Source: Octopus vulgaris
Lineage: Eukaryota
Direction: 5' to 3'
NCBI GenBank assembly: GCA_951406725.2
Contig: OX597828.1
Coordinates: 34,720,001-34,784,000 of the forward strand
DNA: 64,000 bases
Part shown: piece by piece, positions 1 to 14,431 of the stretch
How the letters are laid out: every line of letters starts with the position of its first letter
How positions within the stretch are numbered: position 1 is the stretch's first letter
Translations under genes and position numbers: made by a program
Notes under the pieces: generated by a model
Databases searched by the model: none
What the model was told of the DNA's origin: nothing
Seen by the model: only the letters and a program-made list of their open reading frames with translations

Positions 1-294
1 GTTTGATCAGTTTCCCTTCCCACCTCGTACTTTCCACGTCCCTTTTCGAACACCATAGGACCTTCTCTGCTGGACTATTATAGAATCTACCAATATCTTT
101 CTTTTCCCTACTAAAAACTGGCGGCGATCAATCCATGACATTTAAGCCGGCACTCTTGGAAGAAGTAAAGAAGTAATTCACCAAATCACATCAGGTAAAT
201 ACACACAGTGACGAAGGAGACAAAGAAGAGATGCCATGACCTTTCGAAGAACAGTTTTCCTCCTCCCTGAAATTCCAACTATCAGAAGTAAAAC

Positions 295-805
295 CTAAGA
301 AAATTTTCCTTTTTCTATATCCGTAAACTTCAATCTAGATTCCATTTTAATCATCTAAGCCACACATCCTGTTTGTGTCTGAAACACGAATCTTTCAGTG
401 ATTACCACCGACCTGTCAATGCTGTCCAAGCTACACCCTCTCACATTATCCGCAAAGGTGAGGTCTACACTGACGTAAGCTCCGAACTCCCTGTCACTTA
501 CCCTTCAATAAAATATCAACAATTATGGCTTCCAGCTCCTGTGGATCGAGATCTTTACTCCCTTAATCAATCAAATATATATGTGCCCTCCATTGCTAAA
601 ATCCTAAAATCACTGGCGTCTCTTTGACGATATCTCTTCTTGCACTGGAGACGTGTCTATTACATCATCCCTTTCTGAATTTATCGTCTTTGGCGACTTA
701 ATAATTCACAACTTCTTATAGTTCTCTCATTCATCCCAGCCCAATGATGGCGAAACAGAAGCTGAGTCTTTTGCAATCTTCGAATCTCTTCCTCATCTTG
801 TGTAA
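295..805 (+). mobile_element. Decayed LINE (CR1/L2-like) ORF2 AP-endonuclease fragment
   Basis: Manual translation across frameshifts gives FSFFYIRKLQS...PHILFVSETRI (360-392), RKGEVYTDV and SEFIVFGDLIIHN...EAESFAIFESLPHLV. These match the APE motifs NIRGL / LSETW / GGV / GDFN / LxQLV in the correct order, with stops and frameshifts. Confidence 0.7.
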
Positions 806-1070
806 TACGAGGCAGATTTTGAAACACTGGAGAAATATGTGATGTCAAACTAACCAGTAGGCCATAGAAACTGGTGAGTTTTGCTGTCGCGAGGTGTGAA
901 ACAGTCAAAATGAAAGTGCTTTGACAATGTCGTAATGTCATGGCTGGTAGAAGCGAACAGGAAGTGAATAGATTAAAAACGATTGGCTAAACGTGTTGGG
1001 AGAAAGAGAGAGAGAGAGTGATGAGGAGTGTGATGAAAAGAGTGCAGTGTGAGGAAGGAGGAATGAGAGA

Positions 1071-1115
<45 letters not shown>

Positions 1116-1377
1116 TTGCTTTCATAAGTGGTAGTGTGAGGAAATAACAGTATAGATTAGGTCAAACCAATCGTTTCCAAGTGCGCAGTATTGGTTACGT
1201 AGGTGTACACACATACACACACATGTACGACATATAGTATACATATACACACACACACATATATATATATATACGCACACATATATATATATACATATAT
1301 ATATATATACACACACACACACATATATTTTACTACGTATATACATGTGAGTGTGAGTGTGTGCGTGCACGTATGTA

Positions 1378-1434
<57 letters not shown>

Positions 1435-1892
1435 TACGTGTGTGTGTGTGTGTGTGTATGTGTGTGTGTATCGCATCTAAGTCCATTAGAATGCGAATGT
1501 CTCCTTGAAGTAGTTTTTATAGTCGCAAAAACACGGAACCAACAGTCTGGCATCGATTCCCAATTATAGCTGATCAACTTCACTTACATCACAAATACCT
1601 CAGAGAAAAGGTGTACATTTCTATGCGGTCACCCGATATGCAAAATATAGCAGCCAAATATGTCTTGCGTGACAACTACCGCATTAAACAATTGTTCTTT
1701 GTCCTATACACAGTTGAAAAAGACGTGTTGGTCAGGGTCAGAGCGCTGTGCTACATGGTTAGCCTGGTTAAACAACTGTAATATGTGCATCACATAGTTT
1801 CAGTTTCACTTTTGACTATAATCTATCTATCTAGCACTCTGTATGTCAGTCTGTCTGCCTGTCTGTCTATCTATTATCTATATATATATATA

Positions 1893-2247
1893 GGAAGGCA
1901 AAAAGTGGGACAAGAACGCAAAACATCCAGTTAGATGATACAAAAAAGGGACAAGAAAAAACAAGGACGGGTTATTCGGAGTTTTCTTTCCTCAGTCGAA
2001 TTCCAGATTACCTTTGCAATTTCGGCTGGTTATACTCGAGATTGCTCCAATCTGGCCGGCCCCAAGGAAAAACTAAGCTAAAAGCACTAGATTCCTTGGA
2101 AGAAAGCAGCGAAATGTATACGAAAACAAGGGAGAAATGGTACAAAAATACCAATGCAAATAGCAGGACATTAACAACAGGTGTCTTTCAACTAAGGACC
2201 AATTAAATTAAGCTGGCGTGTGTGTGGAAGTGAAACCTTACAGCAGA

Positions 2248-2250
<3 letters not shown>
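1893..2250 (-). mobile_element. Unclassified short element embedded in (TA)n, possibly Penelope-derived
   Basis: About 360 bp of complex sequence bounded on both sides by TA runs. The minus strand has hammerhead-like pieces (CTGAGGA...CTCCGAA; GGC..CCAGCCGAAATTGCAA). Confidence 0.4.
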
Positions 2251-2292
<42 letters not shown>

Positions 2293-2397
2293 ATCTATCT
2301 ATCTATCTATCTATCCCGCTTTACAACTATGTGGTTTCCTGTTCAATATCGCTGCGCGGCATTTTGCGCAAGTGTCTTCTCCTATTATATGTGTGTT

Positions 2398-2436
<39 letters not shown>

Positions 2437-2540
2437 GCCTATATTATAAAGTATTAAACCAGTCTAATCTTGGATATTTCTCTCCCCCTGACGTTTATAT
2501 ATCCTCATCTGTACTTTAATAAATATATATATATATATAT

Positions 2541-2579
<39 letters not shown>

Positions 2580-2958
2580 TAGACAGAGACAGACAGACAT
2601 GTATATATACACCTGTATTTATGTGTGTACGTGTTAGTCACACATACACACACACAATCGCTCTAAGTCCCCCCCCCACCTCTACCACCTTTGATCCACA
2701 TGTGAAAGCAGGAATGAGAGAGTGAGGGAGAGATAGGGAGACAGACAGACAGAGAACTGCACGCGTTTCCGGCTGGTACTCATTTGCCGCTAAATAATCT
2801 GGGAAATGCAGAAATGGGAAATGGAGAGTCTTGCTGAAGGTTATAACGCACCGCTCGTTTCAGATATATAATCCATGTCTTTATGAATGTGAACCGAACT
2901 GCCCCTGACCATTAAGTTATTCGCGTTCGCTACTGAAATTAAGTGTAACACTCTAAAA

Positions 2959-3165
2959 CAGGGGTCTCCAAAGCGCTCGATATCGACCCCTAGGGGTCGA
3001 TGGGACTATTCAAGGGGTTAATAAATGCACATCTACTTTATTATTATTATTGTTGTTGTTGCTGTTGCTGTTTATTTATTTATTTTCTTGTACATGCCTG
3101 GGGGTCGATAAGGGGTCAAGGATTCCATGAAGGGGTCGATGGTCTAAAAAGTTTGGGTATTCCTG
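2959..3165. mobile_element. hAT (Charlie-like) MITE
   Basis: Imperfect TIRs CAGGGGTCTCCAAA / TTTGGGTATTCCTG, an exact 8-bp TSD CTCTAAAA at 2951-2958 and 3166-3173, and internal GGGGTCGA subterminal repeats. Confidence 0.85.
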
Positions 3166-4026
3166 CTCTAAAATAACTGTTTTGTAAAAGAGTTTACTTT
3201 TGCAATCACGAGCTTCCGGGTTTGATCCCACCCCGTGGCACTTAGGCAAAAGTCGTTTTCTATAACCAACGGTCGACTCTTACCTTGTGAGTAAAACTAG
3301 GTCCCTCGGGTGTATTGAGCCTGAAATTCAAAGGCCCAGCCTTGTCTCATACAGTGTTTACACTGTATGAGACTGATTCTATCTGAGAATTACTATAAGG
3401 TTGCTCTTTTTCTGTGGAATACTCAACCACATGTACATTTATTCAATAAGCAGGTAATGCAATAGATCATGCAACTGAATCCTCCTCGCTGAACGACGGA
3501 AAACCGACGTCATCATATTTCCTCTTTACTTCATTACAGTCACTAACGTAATCGGAAAAACTTCTCGTTAGCCACTTCCAGGTAATTCACCTTCCTTGCT
3601 TATCTACATTAAGATGGATCTGATGAGATTTTTGCATAATTAAGATAAAGTGGGGGTAGAGATGTTACAGATGGGAGGTTTAATCACAAGGGTAGGAGAC
3701 GTTTTGGCATAGCCGGTTTGGCGTCGCAAATTAGACGACGCCAAAGTTGATATCAGAGGCTTAAATGTTTCGTTCTCTTGCTCTCTCTCCCAGTCATTCT
3801 CCCTCTCTCCTGTCCTCTCTCTCCCGTCCTCCCGCCCTTCTTTTTGTGTCTTCTTCTCTTCTTCTGTCACTCCCTCCCTGTCCCCAATTTCTCCTCTCCC
3901 CTTCTCTGTCTTCATCTCTCTCCCCTCTTTTTCTCTCTCTATATGTGTGATCGTCTTCTTATGCTTGTCTTATGCGTAAGGTCTGTCTGTCTCTCTCTCT
4001 ATCTGTCTGTCTCTCCTTCTCTCTCT

Positions 4027-4060
<34 letters not shown>

Positions 4061-5246
4061 GTGTAAGCATGTATTTGCCTCTAGTGTCAAAAAGTACAGT
4101 CACCAAAACAGTTTGAATGTCCTGTCGATGGTGCCAAATCGCCAGCGTCTAAACAGCTGTGCCCAATCGACTCATTCCGCATCTCAACGTGACGTGACGC
4201 AACTCGTTGACAGGATGTTTTGTCCTGTGGAGCTCTTTCAATTCTGACATCCACCATCCCTTCCACCATTCATTCTCTGACAAGACTAATGGGAAAAGTT
4301 GCTATGTGCCTGCTAGAAATAGCAGCAAAATTTTCCTCAATTCACAGTCTAAAGTCTTAAAAAATATTGAAGGACATGTTGGACTTTGTCTGAGATCAGG
4401 TCAAGATGGTCAAGCCTATAATATCTTTAATTATGCATCGATCTAATCGGCGGCTCTGATGGTCATGTGAGGTCGGGTCATGGACAGAGCACCTTCCTGG
4501 AGAGTAAACCGATAAAGTATCAACAACAACAGCTATAACAATCTTCTCTGGCTTTCTAATAATTAAACAAACAAACAAATCATTAACCACAGCTTTCGAT
4601 CACCGGAAGCAGATTTCTGCTCCACTGCTCTCATTACACAATAACGTCATATTTAATCATATTTCGAAGGTAAGTGACACAATCGAGGGTTAACGGAGAG
4701 GTTTCTGTCGATTTGATTTTGTTAGTGATTAATCTTAATTGTAAATTCCACCAGCAAACAGTCTATACAATATCACAGAGAAAGAGAAAGAGAGAGAGAC
4801 GGAGAGAGAGAGAGAGAGAGAGAGAGACGGAGAGAGAGAGACGGAGAGAGAGAGAGAGTTTCTCATTAGACTATTTCAAACAGATTTATAACTGTAATTA
4901 TCGATTTTGTAAATTGCCAGGGGAAAATCTTGACTATCAGTGATTTATTTTCAGTATTTTTAGTTTATTATTATTATTTTTATTTCGTTGTTGATATATT
5001 TTCATTGATTTTTTTTTCTTTCAATTTTTATTAATGTAAATCGTTATTAATATTAGTTTTATTATTATAATTATTGCTGTTGTCGTTGTTGTCTTGCGGA
5101 GTTCTAGCAATTTTGCCAATAGTCTGGCAATGCATCCATCTCAAAAAAAAAAAAGATATGGATACTAGACAAGGAGAAAAATCAAGCAGTATGTATAGTC
5201 TGTGAGGAATATACATCCCTTGATATATATATATATATATATATAT

Positions 5247-5469
5247 CAATCAGATGTGACCGCGTGTGTACCGTTGGCGATTTTTTTCTCCTCCGTCTTC
5301 CCTTCTCTGGATCTTTCCTTCTCCTATGTTTCTGACTGACGAAGAGCTCCGCTCGAAACGTTAAACCCTCCTTCTTCCCTTCATTCCTGAGCGTCCAATA
5401 ATACTATATTTGTTCCACGTCCTCGCTTTGTTGTGTTTTCTTTTTGTGTTTTCATGTTTGGATTATCTT

Positions 5470-5470
<1 letters not shown>
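5247..5470 (+). mobile_element. Short non-autonomous Penelope-like element carrying a minimal hammerhead
   Basis: Flanked by (TA)n on both sides and contains the hammerhead core listed next. A second, truncated copy lies at about 55790-55871. Confidence 0.65.
5328..5366 (+). ncRNA. Minimal type I hammerhead ribozyme motif (stem I displaced by a 4-nt duplication)
   Basis: GTTT-[CTGA]-CTGACGA-A-GAGC-TCC-GCTC-GAAA-CGTT-AAAC: conserved core boxes, 4-bp stem II, palindromic ACGT stem III, and GTTT/AAAC stem I. Confidence 0.7.
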
Positions 5471-5551
<81 letters not shown>

Positions 5552-6249
5552 AGAGCAGAGATTTCTTGAATAAGGTCTTCTAACGCCGAAATATTGAAAT
5601 ACAAGATATAAGGTGCATTCTAGAATTTTTAAGACCTTTTTAGAAGAGACATTTATGAATTTCAATGAAGTACAAAACTTTAATATCTTTCGAAGTATAA
5701 TGCTTTGACTTTGATGCATTTGCAGTAGCGCTCCAGACACTTCGGCAAAAGAGATCGATAGAAAAATTAGCCGGTTTAAATGTAAACATTACGGTTGATT
5801 TGTTGGACTAAACAGTTTGAGACGGTGCTCCAGTATGGCAGCTACAAGTAACAGAATAAAAGAATAAGAATGCGATTATATTCATACATATTCATACATA
5901 TTCTTGCATATACCTATGCGTGTGTGTATGTATATGTGTGTGTGTGTATATATATATATATGTGTGTGTGTGTATGTGTTTGTGTATGTGTGTATATGTT
6001 CGCGTATATGTGTGTATGTATGTACATGTGTATGCGTGCAAATGAGTGTGTATGTGTATGTGTGTATATATGTGTATGTGTGTATATATGCGTATGTGTG
6101 TATATATGTGTATGTGTATATGTATGTGTATGTGTGTATATGTGTGTATGTGTATGTGTGCGTGTGTGTGATTATTACAACTTCTATCATTACACAATAT
6201 TCTGTTAAGTAAACGACATTTGAGGGATTCAGTGAAAGCATTTATTTTT

Positions 6250-6582
6250 TATTCTTTTATTTGTTTCAGTCATTAGGCTACGGCCATGCTGGGGCACCAC
6301 CTTGAAGGGTTTAGTCGAAAAAATCGCATCCAATACTTATTTTAAAGCCAGGGACTATTTTGCTGAACCGTTAAATTTTGGGGACATGAACAAAGCAGCA
6401 CCGGTTGTCAAGCGGTGGCAGTGGACAACCACACACACATATAAACACACACACACAAACATACACATAGACATACATGTATGCTTTCGTGTGTAAAATC
6501 CACCCACAAGGTTTTGATCAGCTCGGGGTCAGAGTAGAAGTCACTTGGCACTGAACCGAAGGAAGCAAGCTTCTTAGCCACA
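6250..6582 (-). mobile_element. tRNA-derived SINE, family A (diverged)
   Basis: Similar to the copies at 25740-26112, 33940-34365 and 51765-52190, with the shared tail ...GCATGGCCG.AG.C.AATGACTGAAACAA.TAAAAGAAT. Confidence 0.7.
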
Positions 6583-6688
6583 AAAATTGTGAAAGTAACC
6601 GAGCAGCTAATAGGTTTTGCTGCGCATGTCAGGAAGACGAACCAAACGAAAGAGAGAGAGGTAGATAGAGTGAGAGAGGAAGGTAGAT

Positions 6689-6760
<72 letters not shown>

Positions 6761-7579
6761 TGTATGTGTATGTGTGTGTGTGTGTGTGTATGTGTGCATG
6801 TGTGCATAAGAAGACTTTGCCAATTATATCAGAAGAATCCAACTGCAGGCAAAGTTAATAGCTTAAACAGATTGCCACACCTGATTACTGAGGATGAGAT
6901 AGGTGAGGGTAAGAATGACTACAGGGCAATAAGGGGTGGGGTATAACTAGATCTAGATAATATAAACGTATCATATACCGTAATACTGTATATAATATCA
7001 CAAACTACGATGTAATATGATAAACTATGATGTGAGATGCTATGATATGACATGTGTTGATATCAAATCGTATCATTTAATATGACAACGTATGTTCTTG
7101 AAACGTTTTCTTTCGGTTTATTCTGATCATGCAGCGTCTTACTGCAAGAAATTTGCGTGCTTCGAAATGCAAAGGCAGTTTGAAAACATTCATCGGATAG
7201 TCACTTCAAACAATAGATCTTAACAACGAGTGTATTGCTATTCCGCTAAGATGGCTACAACAGACTGAAGGAGACGCCTGCCAACGTATTTAATTGCAAT
7301 GATTAGAGTTGGTAAGACTTGAAAAGCCACGGACAAATCAACCGATAATTGGAGAATATATTCCTCCCGTCTATAAATACCGATAAATTTCCTTTCAACT
7401 CTCGCATCATCTGAGACTCCCTATATGTCTATTTGTATATCTCTAGCCAGCTCTTAATCCGTTCTTCTCTCCCTGTTTCTATCTCTTCCGCCTACGATCT
7501 CGCTGTCCCATTATCACTCACGCGATCTCATTCCTTTTTCTTACGCATGCATATCAACGCAGATATAATCCCCCCTACA

Positions 7580-7962
7580 ATACATGCATACATACATACA
7601 TACACACACATACATACACACATACATAAATACACACACACATACATACACACACACATACATACGCACATACATACATGCACACATACATACATATATA
7701 CATACATACATGCATACATACATACATACATACACACATACATACATACGCACATACATACATACGCACATACATACATACATACATACATACATACACA
7801 CATACATACATACACATACACATACATACACACATTCATACGCACATACATACATACACATACATACATACATACATACATACATACATACATACACACA
7901 CATACATACATACATACATACATACACACATAAATACACACACATACATACATACATACATA
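7580..7962. repeat. (TACA)n/(CA)n compound microsatellite
   Basis: Direct inspection. Confidence 0.95.
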
Positions 7963-8282
7963 TCTCCGTGTATTCTGGCGAAGTTTTAACTTCACTTCTA
8001 CTGTTTCTGTTTGTGTTCGACCTCTCTATACAGACTACAATTGACACACGCACACACACGCACACGCACATACACGAACATGCATGCATCCACCCGTCCA
8101 TCAATACATCCGTCCATCCATACATGCTTACATACATATGTGCACACACTCACACACACACACACACACATACAATTACATACATATATAGATAGATAAA
8201 TAGATAGATACACATGCAGGCAGATAAACTGAAAAGTAGATAGATAGATAGATAGATAGATAGTTGGATGGATGGATGGATG

Positions 8283-8375
<93 letters not shown>

Positions 8376-8582
8376 TCGGATGGATAGATAGATACATAGA
8401 TAGATAGTTAGATGGATGGATAGATAGATACATAGATGGATAGTTAGATGGATGGATAGAAAGGTAGATGGATAGATAGATAGTTAGATGGATGAATAGA
8501 AAGACAGATAGATAGTTAGATGGATGGATGGATGGATAGATAGATAAGTAGAGCGGTCATTGCCAAATAATTGCTTTACGCG

Positions 8583-8645
<63 letters not shown>

Positions 8646-8760
8646 ATATACTAATCGATTTATGTGTATATCTTTCAAGTTATTTAGCCATCTCATCTAT
8701 CCATTTTTTCTCTTTCAGCTTCCATACATACATAGGAACACGCACACACACACACACACA

Positions 8761-8794
<34 letters not shown>

Positions 8795-9000
8795 TACCTA
8801 TATCTGCGCGTGTGTGTGTGTGTATGTTTGCACGCATGCGTGGTGTATGCAGGTGTAGAAGTATCTGTCTGTGCCAACATGCTTGTACACATGCATGCTT
8901 GCAAACACGGATGAAAGCTCTCCCTGTCAGAACGATTCCACTAAATTGCCTCAAAGTCGAACATAACCCAAGTGTTAGTCAAGATGAAAGAGATACATAC

Positions 9001-9088
<88 letters not shown>

Positions 9089-9160
9089 GTGTGTTCGTTC
9101 GGTTGTGTTGCTTTGAGCGGTCAGAAGAGAGTCATTCAAAATAGCTTGAAAGTATAAGAC

Positions 9161-9426
<266 letters not shown>

Positions 9427-9794
9427 GGTGATGGTGATGATGTTAGTGTTGTTTATTGCTCCAGGTCAGTGCTGATGAAGCAAACTTACGGCCAAATGCA
9501 AACCAAACCAGTATTTAGACGCTTCATCTTTTTCTTTAAGGCACAGAGTATCTAGGACTACATTTTGCAAAATGAGCATTTCATAATGTCTGTTGCCTTT
9601 AAGATTAGGCTGCTATTTCTAGCAAATTGAGCGACAGCAAAGAGGCTTCTGCCTAATTTGTCTCATTGTTGAGCCTGTTATTGATGTTGTTGTTTGTGTA
9701 GTTTCCGTTACTCGTAATTTGTGGCTGTTCACTTGTTCTTATTCATGTTTTGGGCTGTTGCTACTGACGTTCTTCAATTCCAATACAAATACAC

Positions 9795-10030
9795 TAGCAG
9801 AGAGGAACCACTCCTTGCGCTGTTAAAATGATGAAAACTTGCCTATTTTACGATCACGTATCCCGTCACAACTCTCTCTCCAAATCCATTCTTCAGGGCC
9901 CAGTTGAGGAAAGGCGAAAGCTAGGCAGGCAGAGAAAATCCTGGTTGGACAACATTAAGGACTGGACAGGTCACACCTCAGCGAACCTGCACAGAGACCA
10001 GTGGCAACGGCTGAATACGAATGCATCTGG
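9795..10030 (+). mobile_element. RTE-clade LINE ORF2 C-terminal fragment
   Basis: EEPLLALLK..KLAYF / DHVSRHNSLSKSILQGPVEERRKLGRQRKSWLDNIKDWTG matches the typical RTE end (GHV.R...K.ILQG.VEG.R.RGR.R..W.DNIK.W). Confidence 0.85.
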
Positions 10031-10380
10031 AGGAGGCAAGCTTGGCTGCTATTGCTGGAAGGACAAATAACCACGTTGGGCATCCTTTGTTGGACCATGA
10101 TAAGACGGTCGCATGATAATGTGGGAATCAGAGGTCTATAGATTCAGATATAACACGTACTCCAGCTTCCCTTAGTTGAGGACCATGTTATGCTCTCTGG
10201 CATCATGTACTCCATCCTATGCCATACCGTGTAAAAGTCTGCACAAAAGTAGACATTATTTTCCATGTTACTGTCAGTTATATAACATTTTGAAAAATAA
10301 AACTTCATTTTATGTTTTATTATTGTCCATAGATTGAATTACATATATGTATATGAAGGTACCAATATTTTTTAAGTGCT

Positions 10381-10670
10381 TGGGGCCTCTATGGGTCTTA
10401 ATCCAGCCCTGTGTCCGACCCTCTTACAGTTCCTCTATGGATCTTAATCCATGTTATGGGGCCTCTATGGGTCTTAATCCATGTTGTCCGACTCTCTTAC
10501 AGTTTCTCTATGGATCTTAATCCATGTAATAGGGCCTCTATGGGTCTTGATCCATGTTAAACCCTGTGTCCGGACTCTCTTACAGTTCCTCTATGGGTCT
10601 TAATCCATGTTATGGGGCCTCTATGGGTCTTGATCCATGTTAAACCCTGTGTCCGACCCTCTTACAGTTT
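10381..10670. repeat. Modular minisatellite (about 3.5 units of 75-85 bp) at a hAT-like terminus
   Basis: Alternating modules CCTCTATGG(G/A)TCTT(A/G)ATCC (7 copies) and TGTCCGAC(C/T)CTCTTACAGTT (4 copies). The first unit ends GTCTTAATCCAGCCCTG, a hAT-like TIR. Confidence 0.85.
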
Positions 10671-10937
10671 CACCAATCTTTCACCCTGAACTGGTACTTT
10701 ATTTATCAACCACGAAAAAATGAAAGACAAAGGTGGATTCGGCTGGATTTGATCTTGAAACGTAGAAAGAACAAATCCTGCTAGGCATTTAACTCTACGC
10801 TCTAAGGTCTGTTTTTGTTGTTTGCTTGCAGATCGATCTTAATCGAATTCTCCTATCATCAAAGACTATCCAACAATAATATCGTGTTTGTTGTTTGTGA
10901 ATACCAGACGGCATCTGATGCGATTTGAATGAGAGTT

Positions 10938-10973
<36 letters not shown>

Positions 10974-11463
10974 CGCGCGTGTGCGCGTGTGTATTGATGT
11001 ATTCATGTTTGTATGTATGTATGTATGTATGTATGTATGTATGTATGTATGTATGTATGTATGTATGTATGTATGTGCCGTTCCCATAGTATTTCTGCCA
11101 GTGAAAAGCACCTGAATATTTTAACAAATCTTTTCCACCCACGCTCAGACTTCGTCTTTCCGGACCTCAGCCGCTCCGGTCTATGACTATATATTCATGT
11201 AATTGCTATTTAAGTGTTTCATTTGGATTGCTAATACTGGTGGCACCCATTTCCTTCCCAGGATATGGGTGCCATCTTGTTTCAAGGAGATTATCTTGAC
11301 CCCTCTTCCATCTATAATGCTGTTGTGTGATTTCACCTCCACAACCACCACCACCTCCACCACTGCACTCCTCAGTAGACAAGCCCAGCAGGGAGTGAAT
11401 CCAGTCGCTGAATCTACTGTATTATGTGGTTATCTATCTATCTATCAATCTATCAATCAATCA

Positions 11464-11577
<114 letters not shown>

Positions 11578-11704
11578 CTATCTGTCTGTCTGTATGTCTG
11601 TCTGTCTAATTCTATCTATTTAATTCTGTCTGTCTGTCTTTCTATCTATCTTTCTATCTGTCTGTCTGTCTTTCTATCTATCTTTCTATCGGTCTGACTG
11701 TCTT

Positions 11705-11780
<76 letters not shown>

Positions 11781-11781
<1 letters not shown>

Positions 11782-11811
11782 GTGTGCAGCCCTGTGTGGC
11801 TATTAAAGAAA
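11781..11811 (+). mobile_element. Extreme 3' end (31 bp) of the Tx1 LINE inserted in (TCTA)n
   Basis: TGTGTGCAGCCCTGTGTGGCTATTAAAGAAA matches the 3' ends at 36881-36906, 54270-54299 and 55200-55231, with TCTA repeats on both sides. Confidence 0.75.
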
Positions 11812-11969
11812 CATATCTATCTGCATATATATATATATGTTCTGTGTGTTTGCGCTTGTGTGTATGTGTGCGTGTATGTGTGCGCTTGTGTGTGTATGCG
11901 CGTGTGTGCATGTGTGTGTGCGTGCATGTGCCTCTGTATGTGTGTGCGCGCGCTTGTATGTATGTATGA

Positions 11970-12010
<41 letters not shown>

Positions 12011-12328
12011 AGATACATGTATATATATATATGCTTGTATTGTATGTGTGTGTGTGTGTGTGTGTAAATATATACGTGTGTTTCTGCAAAGAAATACACA
12101 AAATCACTGTCAGGTAATTCATAGTGGATGTATACACACGGACAACATCTCGGATAACTCCGAATTGTTGTTATCCAAATACAACATTCATCCGGTCGTT
12201 TCCCTTCTGGCCTTCCTTACTTCTGCTCCACAGTATTCCAATTGAAGCCTTGCCGATATCAATACTCTTCACCGCCAGGTATTCCATGCCTTACGCATCC
12301 AAACTAAATGTTGATTGAATAACGGATG

Positions 12329-12359
<31 letters not shown>

Positions 12360-12575
12360 ACAGAGCCGCACTCAAACACACTTACACGTACACACAAACA
12401 CACACACATACGCACACACATGCTCACACACACACATAGACAAGCACACCCCCATAAACACATGTTTACATATACGCATGCATACTCAGAGATATATCCA
12501 CATATACATACATAAATACATTCATACACACACACAGACATACGTACACAGATATATATGCATATATATATATAT

Positions 12576-12652
<77 letters not shown>

Positions 12653-12704
12653 CATACACATACATAATACATACATACACAGAGATACACTCATATAATC
12701 ATGA

Positions 12705-12751
<47 letters not shown>

Positions 12752-13212
12752 CATGCACAGACACCCTCAGGCACGCACACATACATATATACACACACGA
12801 ATATATGCACACACGTACTCCACACACACACACACATACACACTCAAAAAGATTTAGTGACGTGATGAATATAACCGAAATAGGATTGAAGGTAAAAATT
12901 CTTCATATCTCAAAGAAATATTGATTTTTTTTTCTTTGTAACTGCATTTATTATTATTGATGTTGTTGTTGCTCCTGCTGCTGCTGCCGATACTAATGTT
13001 GCTGTTGTTATTGTTGCTGTTGTTGTTGTTGTTTTTCCTGTTGAAGAACTGACGAGAAGGAAAAATAATAAATACAGCAGACAAATTCCAAACGAACTAA
13101 AATTTCCGAAGAATTCCAAAGAATTTGCTCCAGACATCCGGCTAGCGCTGATGGTGATTAGTGCATAGAGCTGCACCTTTATGCACGATGTAATGTTGCT
13201 AAAAATAGGCCA

Positions 13213-13259
<47 letters not shown>

Positions 13260-13449
13260 GCAGTAAAGGTGCAGCGATTGCTATGAGTATGTTCTAATAA
13301 GTTTATTTTGCAACGACGTAGATTTAGCTTTGAAGAATAAAATCCGTGTGGCTGGTCACCGGAGGGATGGCTTCTGTTCCTGAATGGTAGAGTTAATTTG
13401 TTACACTAATACCATCAACAACAACAACAACAAAAAAGAAACTACTACG

Positions 13450-13531
<82 letters not shown>

Positions 13532-13987
13532 TAATAATAAATAATAATAATAATCCTTTCTACTATAGGCACACGGTGTGAAATTTGGTGAGAGGGGACT
13601 AGTCGATGACATTTACCCCAGTGTTTCAATGGTACTTAATTAATCGATCCCGAAAGGACGAAAAGTAAAGTCAACCTTGGCGGAATATGAGCTCAGAACG
13701 TAGTGACGGGCGAAATACCGCTAAGCATTTCGTCCAGTGTGCTAACGATTCTGCCACCCCGCCACCTTGATGATGATGATAGTTTATCTTGATATGAGAT
13801 CACCATGTCGCGCACATATGGTTGTGATGCATGTGCCTAGTGTACTGTTATCATACGGGTAGATATGATGAGTATACTGGGCTTCGTATATTTTACCCCA
13901 GTGTCACGTTGATAGCAAGCACTGCTCTCTCACTCAATAATAGTTTAAAATTTTGGCACAAAGCCAGCAATTTCGGGGCTTGTTTAA

Positions 13988-14123
13988 CCCTTTGAGCCCT
14001 GACCTCCTGAACCTTATTTGACCATATACCTGGCTTCCTGATGCGCTCCACCAGTAGAGCGGTGCTACGGTTTAGAGAAAAATAAGCCATCCACCTGTAA
14101 ACCGGTGTTACGAGTTCAAAGAG
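13988..14123. mobile_element. piggyBac-type MITE
   Basis: TTAA at 13984-13987 and 14124-14127, with imperfect TIRs CCCTTTGAGCCC / GAGTTCAAAGAG. It interrupts a SINE tail. Confidence 0.6.
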
Positions 14124-14431
14124 TTAAGGGTGATAATCGAAACAGCGATGTTTTCAAAGGTGAATTATTCAAATCCCAACGAATTTCTCTTATCACATAG
14201 CTATGATAACCCCCACCACTATTACCTCTGCTGCGCATATCGACAGCCACTAAGGAACCTACTCCACTGTTTAAGGTCAATTAACTGCCAAACAAATCTG
14301 TGGTATTGAGCAGAATATTTACTGTAGCCAATCTTTTTCAGCAGGACAACACATTTACGTGGTTAACACTTCCAATCAGTTAAGATCAGAATTCATTAGA
14401 GCCACTGCCTGGAATTGCATCATGGCATTTT

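Noticed and set aside
10381-10670. CRISPR-like array
   Set aside because: The intervening segments are themselves repeated, the context is eukaryotic, and there are no cas genes.
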